DNA of 45,834 nt from a virus. Below are positions 32,501 to 40,880 of the stretch, in pieces (position 1 is the first letter of the stretch; the number at the start of each line of letters is the position of its first letter). Made by a program: the position numbers and the translations under genes. The DNA lies in IMG/VR virus record IMGVR_UViG_3300045988_134072, positions 1 through 45,834 of that record; one strand, written 5' to 3'. Under the pieces are notes generated by a model. It did no database searches. It had not been told where the DNA came from and was given only the letters and a program-made list of their open reading frames with translations.

Positions 32501-34730
32501 AACCAATCACCGGCGACAAGCCCTTGCCGAGCGACCCCATAAACGACAGGAGAGAACCCAGCCCCTGCGAGACCTTCGGCCACACGCCCTCAATGCGAGA
32601 CAAGCCATCAGCCAAGCCATCGAAAAACTGGCGGAACCCCTTATTGAAGTCCCGGCCACTAAACGACGTCAACAATGCCTTCGTGAACTTGCCACCCACG
32701 CGACCCATCGCATCGCCAGCCTCAGCAGCCAAGTCCGCCCACGACGTACCAAAGTCAGCCCACACGCCCTTCGTCTCAGCCTTAAACGACGTCCACGCCT
32801 GCGTCATGCCCCAGAAAAACTTCTTCAAGCCCTTCTGAAAACCCGCACCATTCACAACCGTATTCACAGCGGCAAGCCCATCCGCAAATCGCTCCATCGA
32901 CACGCCGCCCTCAGCCTCAGCAGCCTTAAAGAATCCCTTCAAGATGCCGCCCGCATTCAACACGGCGCGACCAAAATCCTTCAACGTATCAATGCCGCGA
33001 TCAATAATCTCCTGCAAGTGCCCGGACTGTTCGGCCTTCACAAGCCAGTCTGCATACTTGTCCGTCGCCTGACCGAGCCACCCCAAGAAACGTTCCATCG
33101 TCTTGGACCCGTGCTTGCCGAGAACACTCAGAATCGCCATCAGCGAATCAGTGTGCTTGCCCAACACGTCAATACCAGCCGCCGAGTGCTCAAACATCTC
33201 GGCAATGTGAGGCTTCAACACTCGCTCAAACGAGTCCACCAGGTTACCGAAATGACCGCCCATCGCCTTCGACAACCTGTCAAAACCAGACGCCATCTCG
33301 GGGAAAAACGAGTCCGTAATCCGAGCAATCTGGTCCTTGGACACCGCGCCCCAGAACCCGTGCTGGATAGAGTCATTCATCTTGTTAAATGCGACTTGAA
33401 TCTCGGGAACCATTTCCTTAGCGATCTTCGCCGCTTGCACCGCCGTGTAACCAATGAACCCAGCAGAGATAGCTAGCGTTGGCCCCAACAATGCTGCAGC
33501 CTGCAACACGTGACCAACCGCGCCGCCCAACGTGAACGTGTGCTTCAACAGCTGAGTCACGCCAGACCCAGCAACCGCGAACCCGGCACCAACAGAGCCG
33601 ATCAACGGCACCATCTTGTCCAGATTCTTCACCAAGTCCCACACGTTATGCGTCAAGTCCGACGCCAGACGCCAGCCCGACATTGCGGCCAGCGTCTCCC
33701 TGGCGATCACCATCGCCTTGTGATCAATCACCGGACGGAACTTCACCCAACGGTCGCGCGCCAAAATCGCCAACCGGGCCGCCGCCACATAACGCGCCGA
33801 ATGATCCAACCCGATCTTAAAGTCAAGCTCAGTGTCATCCCACTTGCGCTTGAAGTGCTTGAGCTTACGCCCAGCCTCGCGCAGCTCATGGTCACTCATG
33901 TGAGGCTTAATATCCAGATGGAACGCCTCATGCTTGCCGAACGCCCGCTCGCGCATCTCATGGCGCAGCTTGTCCAACGCCGCATCCACACGGCCAGACT
34001 TCACGTCAACGTCAGGATCAACCACATACTTCCAGCCCTGCGAGAACTCGCGCTCCATGCGAGAACGCAACCGGCGCAACGCGCCCACATCATTCAAGTC
34101 CTCATCAACACGCCACTTAACCTTGCCGACGTATTCCTTATCAAAGAAACCATCCAGCACGCCACGCACGCGCTCCTGCCACTGAGCGTCAGGCCGCATC
34201 TCAAACTCAACCGGCCCCAAATCGCGGAACGCCCGACGCATCGCCTCGCCACGACGCCCATACCACGCGCGGAACGCCGACTCCGTATGACCACGCCAAT
34301 ACGTGTCATCGTCCCCGCGTGGGCCCGTAAACTTCAACTTCTTCGCCGCGTCCCGCTTCATCGCATCCAATGCCGCCGACCAATGCTGACGAATCGTATC
34401 CATGTCACCGTCGTACACCTTCGACAGTGCCCCGGACTGGCGCTCCATCGCGTCATCCAGCCTGTCGGCCATCGCGTTAATCTTCGAGAACTCGCGCTCA
34501 TCGAAATGGACGCCCATCTGGACGTCCTTCACTGCAGCCTGCGCCCGCTCAGACATCACCCTCACGCGCTCGCGCAGCGCATTCTCGTCCAGCTCAACGC
34601 CGACCTCTAGCGGCTGCAGTCGCCTCTCAATCGCGTCCAAACGCCGCGACAAGTCGCCCCAGAAATCCTTCGTATCCGGAGTCACCTTCACCGCGAGACG
34701 CGCAACAACATTCCCGGCCTCAGCGCCCAT
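29517..34730 (-). CDS. tape measure protein
   Basis: 1737 aa and helical/Ala-rich. Duplicated NSPSKVF(R)..G..VPEGFA.GI motif near the C-terminus. Lies downstream of the G/T chaperones. Confidence 0.95.
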   Translation of the reverse strand: MGAEAGNVVARLAVKVTPDTKDFWGDLSRRLDAIERRLQPLEVGVELDENALRERVRVMSERAQAAVKDVQMGVHFDEREFSKINAMADRLDDAMERQSGALSKVYDGDMDTIRQHWSAALDAMKRDAAKKLKFTGPRGDDDTYWRGHTESAFRAWYGRRGEAMRRAFRDLGPVEFEMRPDAQWQERVRGVLDGFFDKEYVGKVKWRVDEDLNDVGALRRLRSRMEREFSQGWKYVVDPDVDVKSGRVDAALDKLRHEMRERAFGKHEAFHLDIKPHMSDHELREAGRKLKHFKRKWDDTELDFKIGLDHSARYVAAARLAILARDRWVKFRPVIDHKAMVIARETLAAMSGWRLASDLTHNVWDLVKNLDKMVPLIGSVGAGFAVAGSGVTQLLKHTFTLGGAVGHVLQAAALLGPTLAISAGFIGYTAVQAAKIAKEMVPEIQVAFNKMNDSIQHGFWGAVSKDQIARITDSFFPEMASGFDRLSKAMGGHFGNLVDSFERVLKPHIAEMFEHSAAGIDVLGKHTDSLMAILSVLGKHGSKTMERFLGWLGQATDKYADWLVKAEQSGHLQEIIDRGIDTLKDFGRAVLNAGGILKGFFKAAEAEGGVSMERFADGLAAVNTVVNGAGFQKGLKKFFWGMTQAWTSFKAETKGVWADFGTSWADLAAEAGDAMGRVGGKFTKALLTSFSGRDFNKGFRQFFDGLADGLSRIEGVWPKVSQGLGSLLSFMGSLGKGLSPVIGSTLEALANAAQKLGPALSRAVEHGGPALGRAIETWGKVATPVAEALAKLLEVLVRIPGAVEAVATGFMAFRGISSAVSLFGALRGAVSGLREDLVSAKDAMVRLAAADGGAAAAAAGGAAGRFSGVAAKASGAMRGLASKAAGVASFMAGPWGVAIAAGTTALSALVSAGNAASDALGRDLADALAKSADGVDGAADKVTRAVSKMTSSVSSGIGATVGGNLDAAMRKYRDNARWQNWIANGSKGLTGISAMPFLGGNATPLDYKSSGAAVNLADAFERIGDVAKSGNISGAVQALAQLRSEMLHNGASTESWDKTLDSALESVDGLKDGVSQYAASLGYATDAQSLHRFVAEQTDAVWQKMQADQERLAQNARLFGQALDSQFDKWGLGAAKAEGLHAAMERVGRSMIDVGAAARDANGEVVDSVETVLANLQAQVDAQAQVAQNMLDLAQAGFNTQVLEQLAQLPQGVQYLQQLKDALADTSEAGKAKLQELIDATNRVGPALSGMAWDASASLKAFHDAVVGAFDQTKGDVVAALDSLGVDASVKAAVAGAKTADELVKALSDAGVQITKTADGWALSLNGKTASFNAAGQAAGQAYANGFKNGLPPSPIDPNKVTQTSWWWNQQGFEHGASYGQGVKQGVQQGASGAPSFDLSSQLWGGGIDPSQLGIQHGTGFMSGFLSGMQSVDASGALMAEWGSHGPAFFGFGSDDGGQYVAGVQSQSGAAAAAGAQVGWAARSGAAGADLPGHGSAAGAGYASSVGASSGAAYGAGAALANSAVSGASSAGPRLASLGAAAGDAFAQAVRSRVASAVAAASAMAQAAVAAARGALDVNSPSKVFREIGDAVPEGFAQGIDRSSGLSTGASQAMAMSTVDAARGVLDINSPSKVFRRLGGYVPEGFAEGIRGSAGLAAREVEAMADRVIEAGSGVRMRVFDGGRLDVSSDSRLTVRVDPDSLRGARFGLRLSDETELETFVSDVADGRVIEYARMGA

Positions 34731-34780
34731 AAACCCCCCTCAACAACAACACCCGCGAGGGGGCGAGGCAAACCATCCGA

Positions 34781-35152
34781 TCACCCCGCAACGAGGTCAA
34801 CGAACATCTGCCTCACGCCCTTCACAGAAACCTTCTCCGCCGCAAACGTTTGCTTAGCACCAGGACGCCCCGGCCACAACGCCGGGCGTCGAGACTTCCC
34901 AAAACCGGTCGCCACCGTATTGACCGAAATATTGTCAAACACGTCAGCCAACAAGGACATCTCCCGCGTCCACCCACGCAACTCAGGAATCTCAGCCAAC
35001 AACGCCTGACTCCAACAGCCGTCAGGTAGCCCGCGAATCAGCGCAAGCAAAAAACGCGGGGACGGGGTACCGCTCTCAATTGCCTCAACCAGGTCAATCC
35101 CATAGTGAAGTCGAAAATCAACGTACAACCCCGTCCCCGCTTTATCCAGCAA
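34781..35152 (-). CDS. tail assembly chaperone, downstream (-1 frame) segment of the G-T fusion
   Basis: The frame is open back across the G stop with no in-frame stop. No convincing independent RBS. Confidence 0.6.
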   Translation of the reverse strand: MLDKAGTGLYVDFRLHYGIDLVEAIESGTPSPRFLLALIRGLPDGCWSQALLAEIPELRGWTREMSLLADVFDNISVNTVATGFGKSRRPALWPGRPGAKQTFAAEKVSVKGVRQMFVDLVAG

Positions 35153-35163
35153 GCCTGCGACGG

Positions 35164-35180
35164 CTACGCTTCCCCCGCCT
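35164..35180 (-). other. putative -1 programmed frameshift site (G5 run, gcgggggaagcgtag on the - strand)
   Basis: A GGGGG run lies 2 codons before the G stop, and the -1 frame continues into 34781..35152. Confidence 0.4.
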
Positions 35181-35499
35181 GGGTGCGCTCAAAGTAGAGC
35201 GACACAAGCGTGTCCAGCACAGCCGCATCATCACCGACCTGATCCAGTAGGCCGGTAGCCGCGTCCTTGTCCTCAGCGACAAGCGTCAGAATGCCGCGAT
35301 AAAACTCGGTAACGTCTGACACCTCGCCCTCAGCCTCACGACGCTCCGACAGGAGACGCACAAAGTCCGCGCGCTCATCCTTCGACAGGCGCATCGGACC
35401 ACGGAACACAACGCCCTGCACAACCAGATTCTTGTGCTTGCCGTCCGCCTCGGCGCGCAGCGCATCAAGGTCAATGTGCTCAAAATCAATGCTAGACAT
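35164..35499 (-). CDS. tail assembly chaperone (G)
   Basis: 111 aa, between the major tail protein and the TMP. ATG follows ggagg. Confidence 0.75.
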   Translation of the reverse strand: MSSIDFEHIDLDALRAEADGKHKNLVVQGVVFRGPMRLSKDERADFVRLLSERREAEGEVSDVTEFYRGILTLVAEDKDAATGLLDQVGDDAAVLDTLVSLYFERTQAGEA

Positions 35500-35607
35500 A
35501 ATTCAATCCTCCAAAAGTGCCACAGTGGTATGCCAGGAAAAGTAAAGGGGGCGACCCGTATGGCCACCCTGGCACCCGCCCCACGCGGGCCACCCCCTAA
35601 GGCTCAA

Positions 35608-36171
35608 TCAGCCAGCCAACGACATGACCTCGCCAATACCGAGCGTGTTCCCGTTCGCGTCCTCAAGAATCTCGAACTTGACCGGCAACGCCGCAAGGTC
35701 CTCGACCGAGTTAACGTCGAAGTCGCCATTCGCAACCAGGTCCGCCTTACCCGCATGGATAAAGCAGACATTCCCTTCGTCCTCTACGACGATCAGCAGA
35801 GCGCAATGCTCTGCCGTGGGCTTGCTTTTTGCGTACGTGATGCCGTCCACGGTCGCAGCGTTCGCGCCGAGGTAGCGCTTAATCGACGCCGCGTCGAACT
35901 GCTCAAGAGAAATCTCAATCGAATACGACACATCCGAGATGGACGTGCGCAGCTTCTTCTTCTGCAACGAACCCTTTGTCGTCACGTCGCCGCCAGAGCG
36001 CGCCGCCTTGAACGGGTTCTCCTGAGACGTGTGACCAATGTTCGTCCACCCCGTAAGGGCAGTCGCCTTGTTCGTCTTATACGCCGTAACCGTCGGCGGC
36101 TTGGTGCCGACAGCCGCCGTGTAAATCTGGGCAGTCGCCACAATCAAAGTCTTGTTATCATCCATCGCCAT
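35608..36171 (-). CDS. major tail protein
   Basis: 187 aa, canonical position. Beta-rich sequence (IVATAQIYTAAVGTKPP...). Confidence 0.8.
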   Translation of the reverse strand: MAMDDNKTLIVATAQIYTAAVGTKPPTVTAYKTNKATALTGWTNIGHTSQENPFKAARSGGDVTTKGSLQKKKLRTSISDVSYSIEISLEQFDAASIKRYLGANAATVDGITYAKSKPTAEHCALLIVVEDEGNVCFIHAGKADLVANGDFDVNSVEDLAALPVKFEILEDANGNTLGIGEVMSLAG

Positions 36172-36195
36172 AACAACCTCACATCTTCCGCACCA

Positions 36196-36681
36196 TCATC
36201 GGTGCAACACAACCAGTCGGGCCTGGAACACGAAACGCTCCATGCCGACTGGCAAATCCTGATACTGGACTGGGCCAGTAGAGTCCGCCCAGTCCTCACG
36301 ACGACGAGGCCGCTCCAACAACTCGAAAGCCTTCACGAAAGACTCCCTGCCAGGAACCCGCCTACCCCGCGTTGCATACTCACGCAACAACTTGATAATC
36401 GACCAGCTGATCCGCCACGCCACGTCCTCGGCGTCCAGCCCGGATGTGAACGTGTGAACCTCAAACTCCAACACGTCCACCTGATCATCCGACCGGATGA
36501 ACTGGCCTCCCGTCGTGGGCTGCACCTCCACAACCATCACGTACGGAACGGCGTCCCCCTCTTCGATGCGAGACCTGCACGTCACACCGTCAGGCAGGTC
36601 CGCCTCCAACCACTCAGGCAGGAACGCCTCAACCGTCACATGCTTACCGAAATCCAGCTTCGACGCGTCAAACACGGCCAC
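36196..36681 (-). CDS. tail terminator / tail completion protein
   Basis: Position upstream of the major tail protein. GTG 36681 is the chosen start; the ORF is open to 36768. Confidence 0.55.
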   Translation of the reverse strand: MAVFDASKLDFGKHVTVEAFLPEWLEADLPDGVTCRSRIEEGDAVPYVMVVEVQPTTGGQFIRSDDQVDVLEFEVHTFTSGLDAEDVAWRISWSIIKLLREYATRGRRVPGRESFVKAFELLERPRRREDWADSTGPVQYQDLPVGMERFVFQARLVVLHR

Positions 36682-37027
36682 CAGCTGCAGCTGCAGCCAA
36701 CGCCCCCACGCCGCGAGACGGGCCAATATGCACGACCCTCCGGCCAACAATCCGCCCCGCATCGTCAAACACCGGCTTAGACCTCACCTCGCCGCGACGC
36801 CCATACTCGATAGCAGCCGCCGCACCGTAGCCATCCTCATCCGAGAGAACGATGTAGCCGTCAACCCAGGCGACGTACGCCTCGATTTTGGCGTGCCCCT
36901 GGTAGCGGTGGGCCGCGAGCTTAGCCTTAGCTATCGCCGCCCGCTTGTTCGTCTGCCCCCGCACCTCACGCCGCACCTGCGGCATGTGCGAGACGATCTT
37001 ATTCAACCGCTCCTTACTCACGAGCAT
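36668..37027 (-). CDS. head-tail joining protein (HK97 gp10-like position)
   Basis: ATG 37027 is the chosen start; the ORF is open to 37090. Confidence 0.5.
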   Translation of the reverse strand: MLVSKERLNKIVSHMPQVRREVRGQTNKRAAIAKAKLAAHRYQGHAKIEAYVAWVDGYIVLSDEDGYGAAAAIEYGRRGEVRSKPVFDDAGRIVGRRVVHIGPSRGVGALAAAAAGGRV

Positions 37028-37421
37028 GGTCGCCAACCGCACCACCACCAATCCCAGCCAAGTTCGACGGCGGGCGCGGCCTGCACTCAAACTCCCAGTG
37101 AGTCGTGCGCCGAGTACCCCGCTTCAACGCGGGCGGCGCAGCAGCATCCCACTGCTTCCCGTCGAACTCGATCAGCGTCCACGCGCCGACGTCCGTCAAC
37201 AGTTCCCCGTCAACCGTGCGAGGCTCCACCATGATTAACGCGACCTCGTTCGTCAACTGGCCCTTCGCCGCGCCACGATTCGACCTCACCTGCTTCATCG
37301 ACATGCGACACTTATACGGGCGCTCCAAGTCGGGAACAGTCACCAGGTTCCCCCTGGCGTCCCGCGCCCGCTTACGCCCATACAGGACACCCGTCAATCC
37401 TCTGTGCCTACCAACAGCCAC
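37014..37421 (-). CDS. head closure protein
   Basis: GTG 37421 overlaps the upstream TAG and follows ggagcgaggggga. The ORF is open to 37484. Confidence 0.5.
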   Translation of the reverse strand: MAVGRHRGLTGVLYGRKRARDARGNLVTVPDLERPYKCRMSMKQVRSNRGAAKGQLTNEVALIMVEPRTVDGELLTDVGAWTLIEFDGKQWDAAAPPALKRGTRRTTHWEFECRPRPPSNLAGIGGGAVGDHARE

Positions 37422-37945
37422 TACAAGTCCCCCTCGCTCCACTTGAAGCGGGCACCCGGCATCCACCAGTCGCAACGATGCCAACCACGGTCAACATCCC
37501 TCGACGCCGGGGCGGTAGGGGAGTGGACGAACGTGTGAACAACCGACAAGGTTGAATCCAGGCCCGCCGCCTGACGCAACGTCCGCACCTCATCCGGCGT
37601 ATAAAACACTGTGCCAGTGCGTAGCGCGAGGTCCGTGTACGCCTCCGTCTCGTCGCCAGCCCTCGACTGGACCACGGACTCAGACAAGTCCATATACCGC
37701 ACACACGCGTTACGAACAATCGTCTTAACGACCGGGGGCACGGCGTCCGCCATCCACGTCGGCCTGCCATGCAGCCTCGCCAAGTTCGACGCGTCCCAAA
37801 TCACCGCCGCCGCCGTATCCTTCTCGTCAGGCGACAACGCATACTTGAGGCGAGCCTCCAACTCGGCAACGCTAATCAGCATCTCCCGACGCCGAACAGC
37901 CTCAGCTTCCGACACGGGCGGGGACGCTTCCTCAACTTCACTCAC
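37421..37945 (-). CDS. head-tail connector (gp6-like) protein
   Basis: LSPDEKDTAAAVIWDASNLARLHG pattern. GTG 37945 follows gaaggggg. Confidence 0.55.
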   Translation of the reverse strand: MSEVEEASPPVSEAEAVRRREMLISVAELEARLKYALSPDEKDTAAAVIWDASNLARLHGRPTWMADAVPPVVKTIVRNACVRYMDLSESVVQSRAGDETEAYTDLALRTGTVFYTPDEVRTLRQAAGLDSTLSVVHTFVHSPTAPASRDVDRGWHRCDWWMPGARFKWSEGDL

Positions 37946-38015
37946 GCAAACACCCCCTTCAAGGCATGGCGGGGGCAAGGAACAATGCCCTCACCCCCGC
38001 ACGTCACCTCGACCG

Positions 38016-39104
38016 TCAGGCCGGGTCAGGCAGGTAAGTAACGCCGGGCGGCGTCTTGGTCAAACCAAGGCCCTTAGCGACCTTCGCCTTATCCGAACCC
38101 TCCGGGAAGTACTTCGTCGTAATCGCGACAGTATCAAGCTTGAGCTTCACCGAGCGAATGTTGTACTCCTCATCCGACACGGTTTCCTGACCCTGGTCAT
38201 TCAGGTAAATAACCGGGTCCAGCACCTGCTGGTAGCCGTACCAAGTGTTAACGGTGGAACGCTCCACCTGATACTGCGGGTCGTAATCACGCAGCCAACG
38301 CATTGCGATGCCATCCTGAGACAGCATCGACGCGCCAGCCACAGCCGACTCAGGGATACCGGGGGCAGCATTCAGGAACACGAACGAATCACCGGTCAGG
38401 GCATACGCCTCATCCGGCGCAATATCCTCCGACACAATGACGTCGAAACCCTTCACCTTGCCGAGCAGAGCATCGACAAAGGCCGACTCGGCAACACTGT
38501 CGCCAACAGCCGCCGCCTGCAACGCCTTACTGCCCTGCAAGATCGTGTCCCAGTCACTGCCAATAACCAGCGTGCGCTTCACCTTCGACGCGCCCATACG
38601 GTTCAGCGCGTGACGAGCCTCAACGATAGCGTTCAACGCATTCTCTGCAATGTGCGCATTATTGGGGGCCTTACCCGCGCCAATGGTCACAGAGTACTTA
38701 CCCGCCTGCAGGGCCTTAATAGCACCGTACTCCAACTTACGCGCAACCGCGCGCGACTGAGCCGGAAGAATATCCTGAGTCCAACCCAGGAAATCCATCT
38801 CACGCTGCTCATCCGTCAACATCGTCGCAGAATACGCATTGCCGCCAAAACGAACCGCCAACTTACGTTCACGGTACTCATCAAACGACAACGGCTGCGC
38901 ACGATTATTACGCCACTCATAATCGCGCGCCGGAAGAATACCCGGAACACGAACATTAATCGTGTCATCCTTCGCACCCTTGAACTCATCAATGCCCTTA
39001 CGGGCAAAGAGCTTAGGAACAACGAGCTCGCGCTCCATCAGCTCAACGGCGGTCGCAGCCAGCTTTTCCGGCTTGACCTTCACATGGTTCAGACTATTTG
39101 TCAT
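38016..39104 (-). CDS. major capsid protein
   Basis: About 362 aa, downstream of the scaffold. ATG 39104 is 5 nt after aggag. Confidence 0.85.
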   Translation of the reverse strand: MTNSLNHVKVKPEKLAATAVELMERELVVPKLFARKGIDEFKGAKDDTINVRVPGILPARDYEWRNNRAQPLSFDEYRERKLAVRFGGNAYSATMLTDEQREMDFLGWTQDILPAQSRAVARKLEYGAIKALQAGKYSVTIGAGKAPNNAHIAENALNAIVEARHALNRMGASKVKRTLVIGSDWDTILQGSKALQAAAVGDSVAESAFVDALLGKVKGFDVIVSEDIAPDEAYALTGDSFVFLNAAPGIPESAVAGASMLSQDGIAMRWLRDYDPQYQVERSTVNTWYGYQQVLDPVIYLNDQGQETVSDEEYNIRSVKLKLDTVAITTKYFPEGSDKAKVAKGLGLTKTPPGVTYLPDPA

Positions 39105-39124
39105 ATCCACTCCTTCTCAAAAAG

Positions 39125-39700
39125 TCAACGTCGCGGAAGACTACGCACGAACTCGCGCGCGTTAAACTCGCCTTCCGCCTCATCAGCGGGAGCCAAGCCC
39201 CCACCCTTGCGAGGCAAACCGGCCGCACCCGAGGCCGCGCCCACCAGGGACGTCAACTCTTCGCACGCGGCACGCATTTCCTCAACCGTGCCGTCCAGAA
39301 CGAACTCAAATGCCTTAGCGGGCAGGCCCGGGAACTCATCACGCACCTGCTGACGCACGCGCAGACGGTCAAGCTCCGCCTCAACCTGACGAGTCTTCTC
39401 ATCAGCCGCCGACAGGGCAGCCTCAAACTCGTCAACCGTCTTAAGGCCCTTCATTGACTCCTGCACGTCACGCAACTGAGTCCGATAACGCGCCGCCTCA
39501 TCGCGCGCACCCTTCAACTCTCGCTGCGCCCAGTCAGGCAGGTCGTCAACCTTGCGAGCAGCGCCATCCTGGCCCTCACCCGCGTCAACTTCCACCTGCG
39601 CCGACTGTTCCGCCTCAACCTGCGCATCCTGACCCTGCGCACCCGGCGCACCGCCCTCAACCGCATCAGCTTCACCGGAAACATTCTTCTCGTCCGCCAT
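39125..39700 (-). CDS. scaffolding protein
   Basis: Acidic, Ala/Glu/Gln-rich coiled-coil protein between the MuF-like protein and the capsid gene. ATG 39700. Confidence 0.75.
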   Translation of the reverse strand: MADEKNVSGEADAVEGGAPGAQGQDAQVEAEQSAQVEVDAGEGQDGAARKVDDLPDWAQRELKGARDEAARYRTQLRDVQESMKGLKTVDEFEAALSAADEKTRQVEAELDRLRVRQQVRDEFPGLPAKAFEFVLDGTVEEMRAACEELTSLVGAASGAAGLPRKGGGLAPADEAEGEFNAREFVRSLPRR

Positions 39701-39787
39701 AACACACTCCCAGAAAACAAAACCCGCGCCAGCCGCCAGGACCAGCACGGGAACCAATTGAGGCCGCCAGGACCTCCACCAACACGC

Positions 39788-40648
39788 CTACCGCTTGAAC
39801 TTGCGGTAGTAGTAACTTCGCCAGCCGGACTTGCCCTTCAAGCCCTTGCCCTTGAAGTCATGCTTCCACAAGTCCTCCATCTCACGATTCACCGCGAAAC
39901 GAGAACCCTCAATACTCGCCCCCGCAAACAGGGGCAACGCATAACAATGACAATTCGGGTGATACCCATGCGTCCCATTAGCGTGCGCCACGTCATGACG
40001 CAACGCCTCATGCTTGCCCGAATACACCGCGCCGCGAGACAGCAACATCGCACAGAACGCGCACGGCGTGCCCGTCCCAGACACCCTGATCCACGCCTGC
40101 CTTGCCGGGTCACGATCACCCATGTCACGCACCACAGACCGGACGCCGCCCGCCGCCGCCTGCTGACCAACCCCAGCCACCACGCCAGACGACACCTCGC
40201 CACCCTCAAGGCGGGCACGCAGCAAATCCTGCGCCGCCTTTACATCCGCATCACGCAACGTTGCAAGGTCCGGCGTCGCCTGCTTATCCACCTGCACTCG
40301 CACACCAGCCAGAGACGAGGCAGACAAAGCGTTCACCCCCGCCGCCTCATTAAACTCACGCACCAAGTCACCCAATGTCACCTCGCCGCCCTGCGCATGA
40401 CCGCGAATAGGAGAGGGGACCGTGCGGCCCGTCTGCAACGCCCTCAACAACCTGTAGAACGCCACACCCAGCACCGCGCCACGATCCCACGGCTCAACAA
40501 GCACCTCACCAAACCGGGCCGCAACATCGCCACCCTTATCCACCTGCTCCCACCAGCGGGACACATCCTGCACCGTCCCCAAACTCAACCTGCCAAGCGA
40601 CGCCTCAAACGCCTTGAGCAAGACCTCCACACGAGCATCAGACGCCAT
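39788..40648 (-). CDS. MuF-like head morphogenesis (minor capsid) protein
   Basis: C-terminal GTPCAFCAMLLSRGAVY...HPNCHCYALP motif. Lies downstream of the portal. Confidence 0.75.
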   Translation of the reverse strand: MASDARVEVLLKAFEASLGRLSLGTVQDVSRWWEQVDKGGDVAARFGEVLVEPWDRGAVLGVAFYRLLRALQTGRTVPSPIRGHAQGGEVTLGDLVREFNEAAGVNALSASSLAGVRVQVDKQATPDLATLRDADVKAAQDLLRARLEGGEVSSGVVAGVGQQAAAGGVRSVVRDMGDRDPARQAWIRVSGTGTPCAFCAMLLSRGAVYSGKHEALRHDVAHANGTHGYHPNCHCYALPLFAGASIEGSRFAVNREMEDLWKHDFKGKGLKGKSGWRSYYYRKFKR

Positions 40649-40850
40649 CAGTAACTTCAACCAGACGATACTTAGCGACGCGCCAATGTGACGGACCGTA
40701 CGAGCCGATCCGCCTCACGCCCAACCACGCCGCACGCGCTGTCTCATAAGCATGAACAGACGCGGGCGTGGACGATCCGCCGCCCGTCTTAATGCTCCCC
40801 GTCTCCTTGTCTACGATAACGAAAATCGTCTCAGGAACCTCACCAGACAT
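40638..40850 (-). CDS. small hypothetical protein
   Basis: ATG 40850 is 9 nt after ggagg. Confidence 0.5.
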   Translation of the reverse strand: MSGEVPETIFVIVDKETGSIKTGGGSSTPASVHAYETARAAWLGVRRIGSYGPSHWRVAKYRLVEVTDGV

Positions 40851-40880
40851 AATCCACAACCTCCACAACGGAACAGCACA

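Noticed and set aside
31762-36780. Several long + strand ORFs (31762-32838, 33510-34610, 35434-36780)
   Set aside because: All are antisense to the tape measure, chaperone or tail genes. Their composition is dominated by Arg, Pro, Ala and His, and no RBS context is present.
37611-39353. 580-aa + strand ORF
   Set aside because: Arg/Leu/Thr-rich low complexity antisense to the major capsid, connector and scaffold genes.
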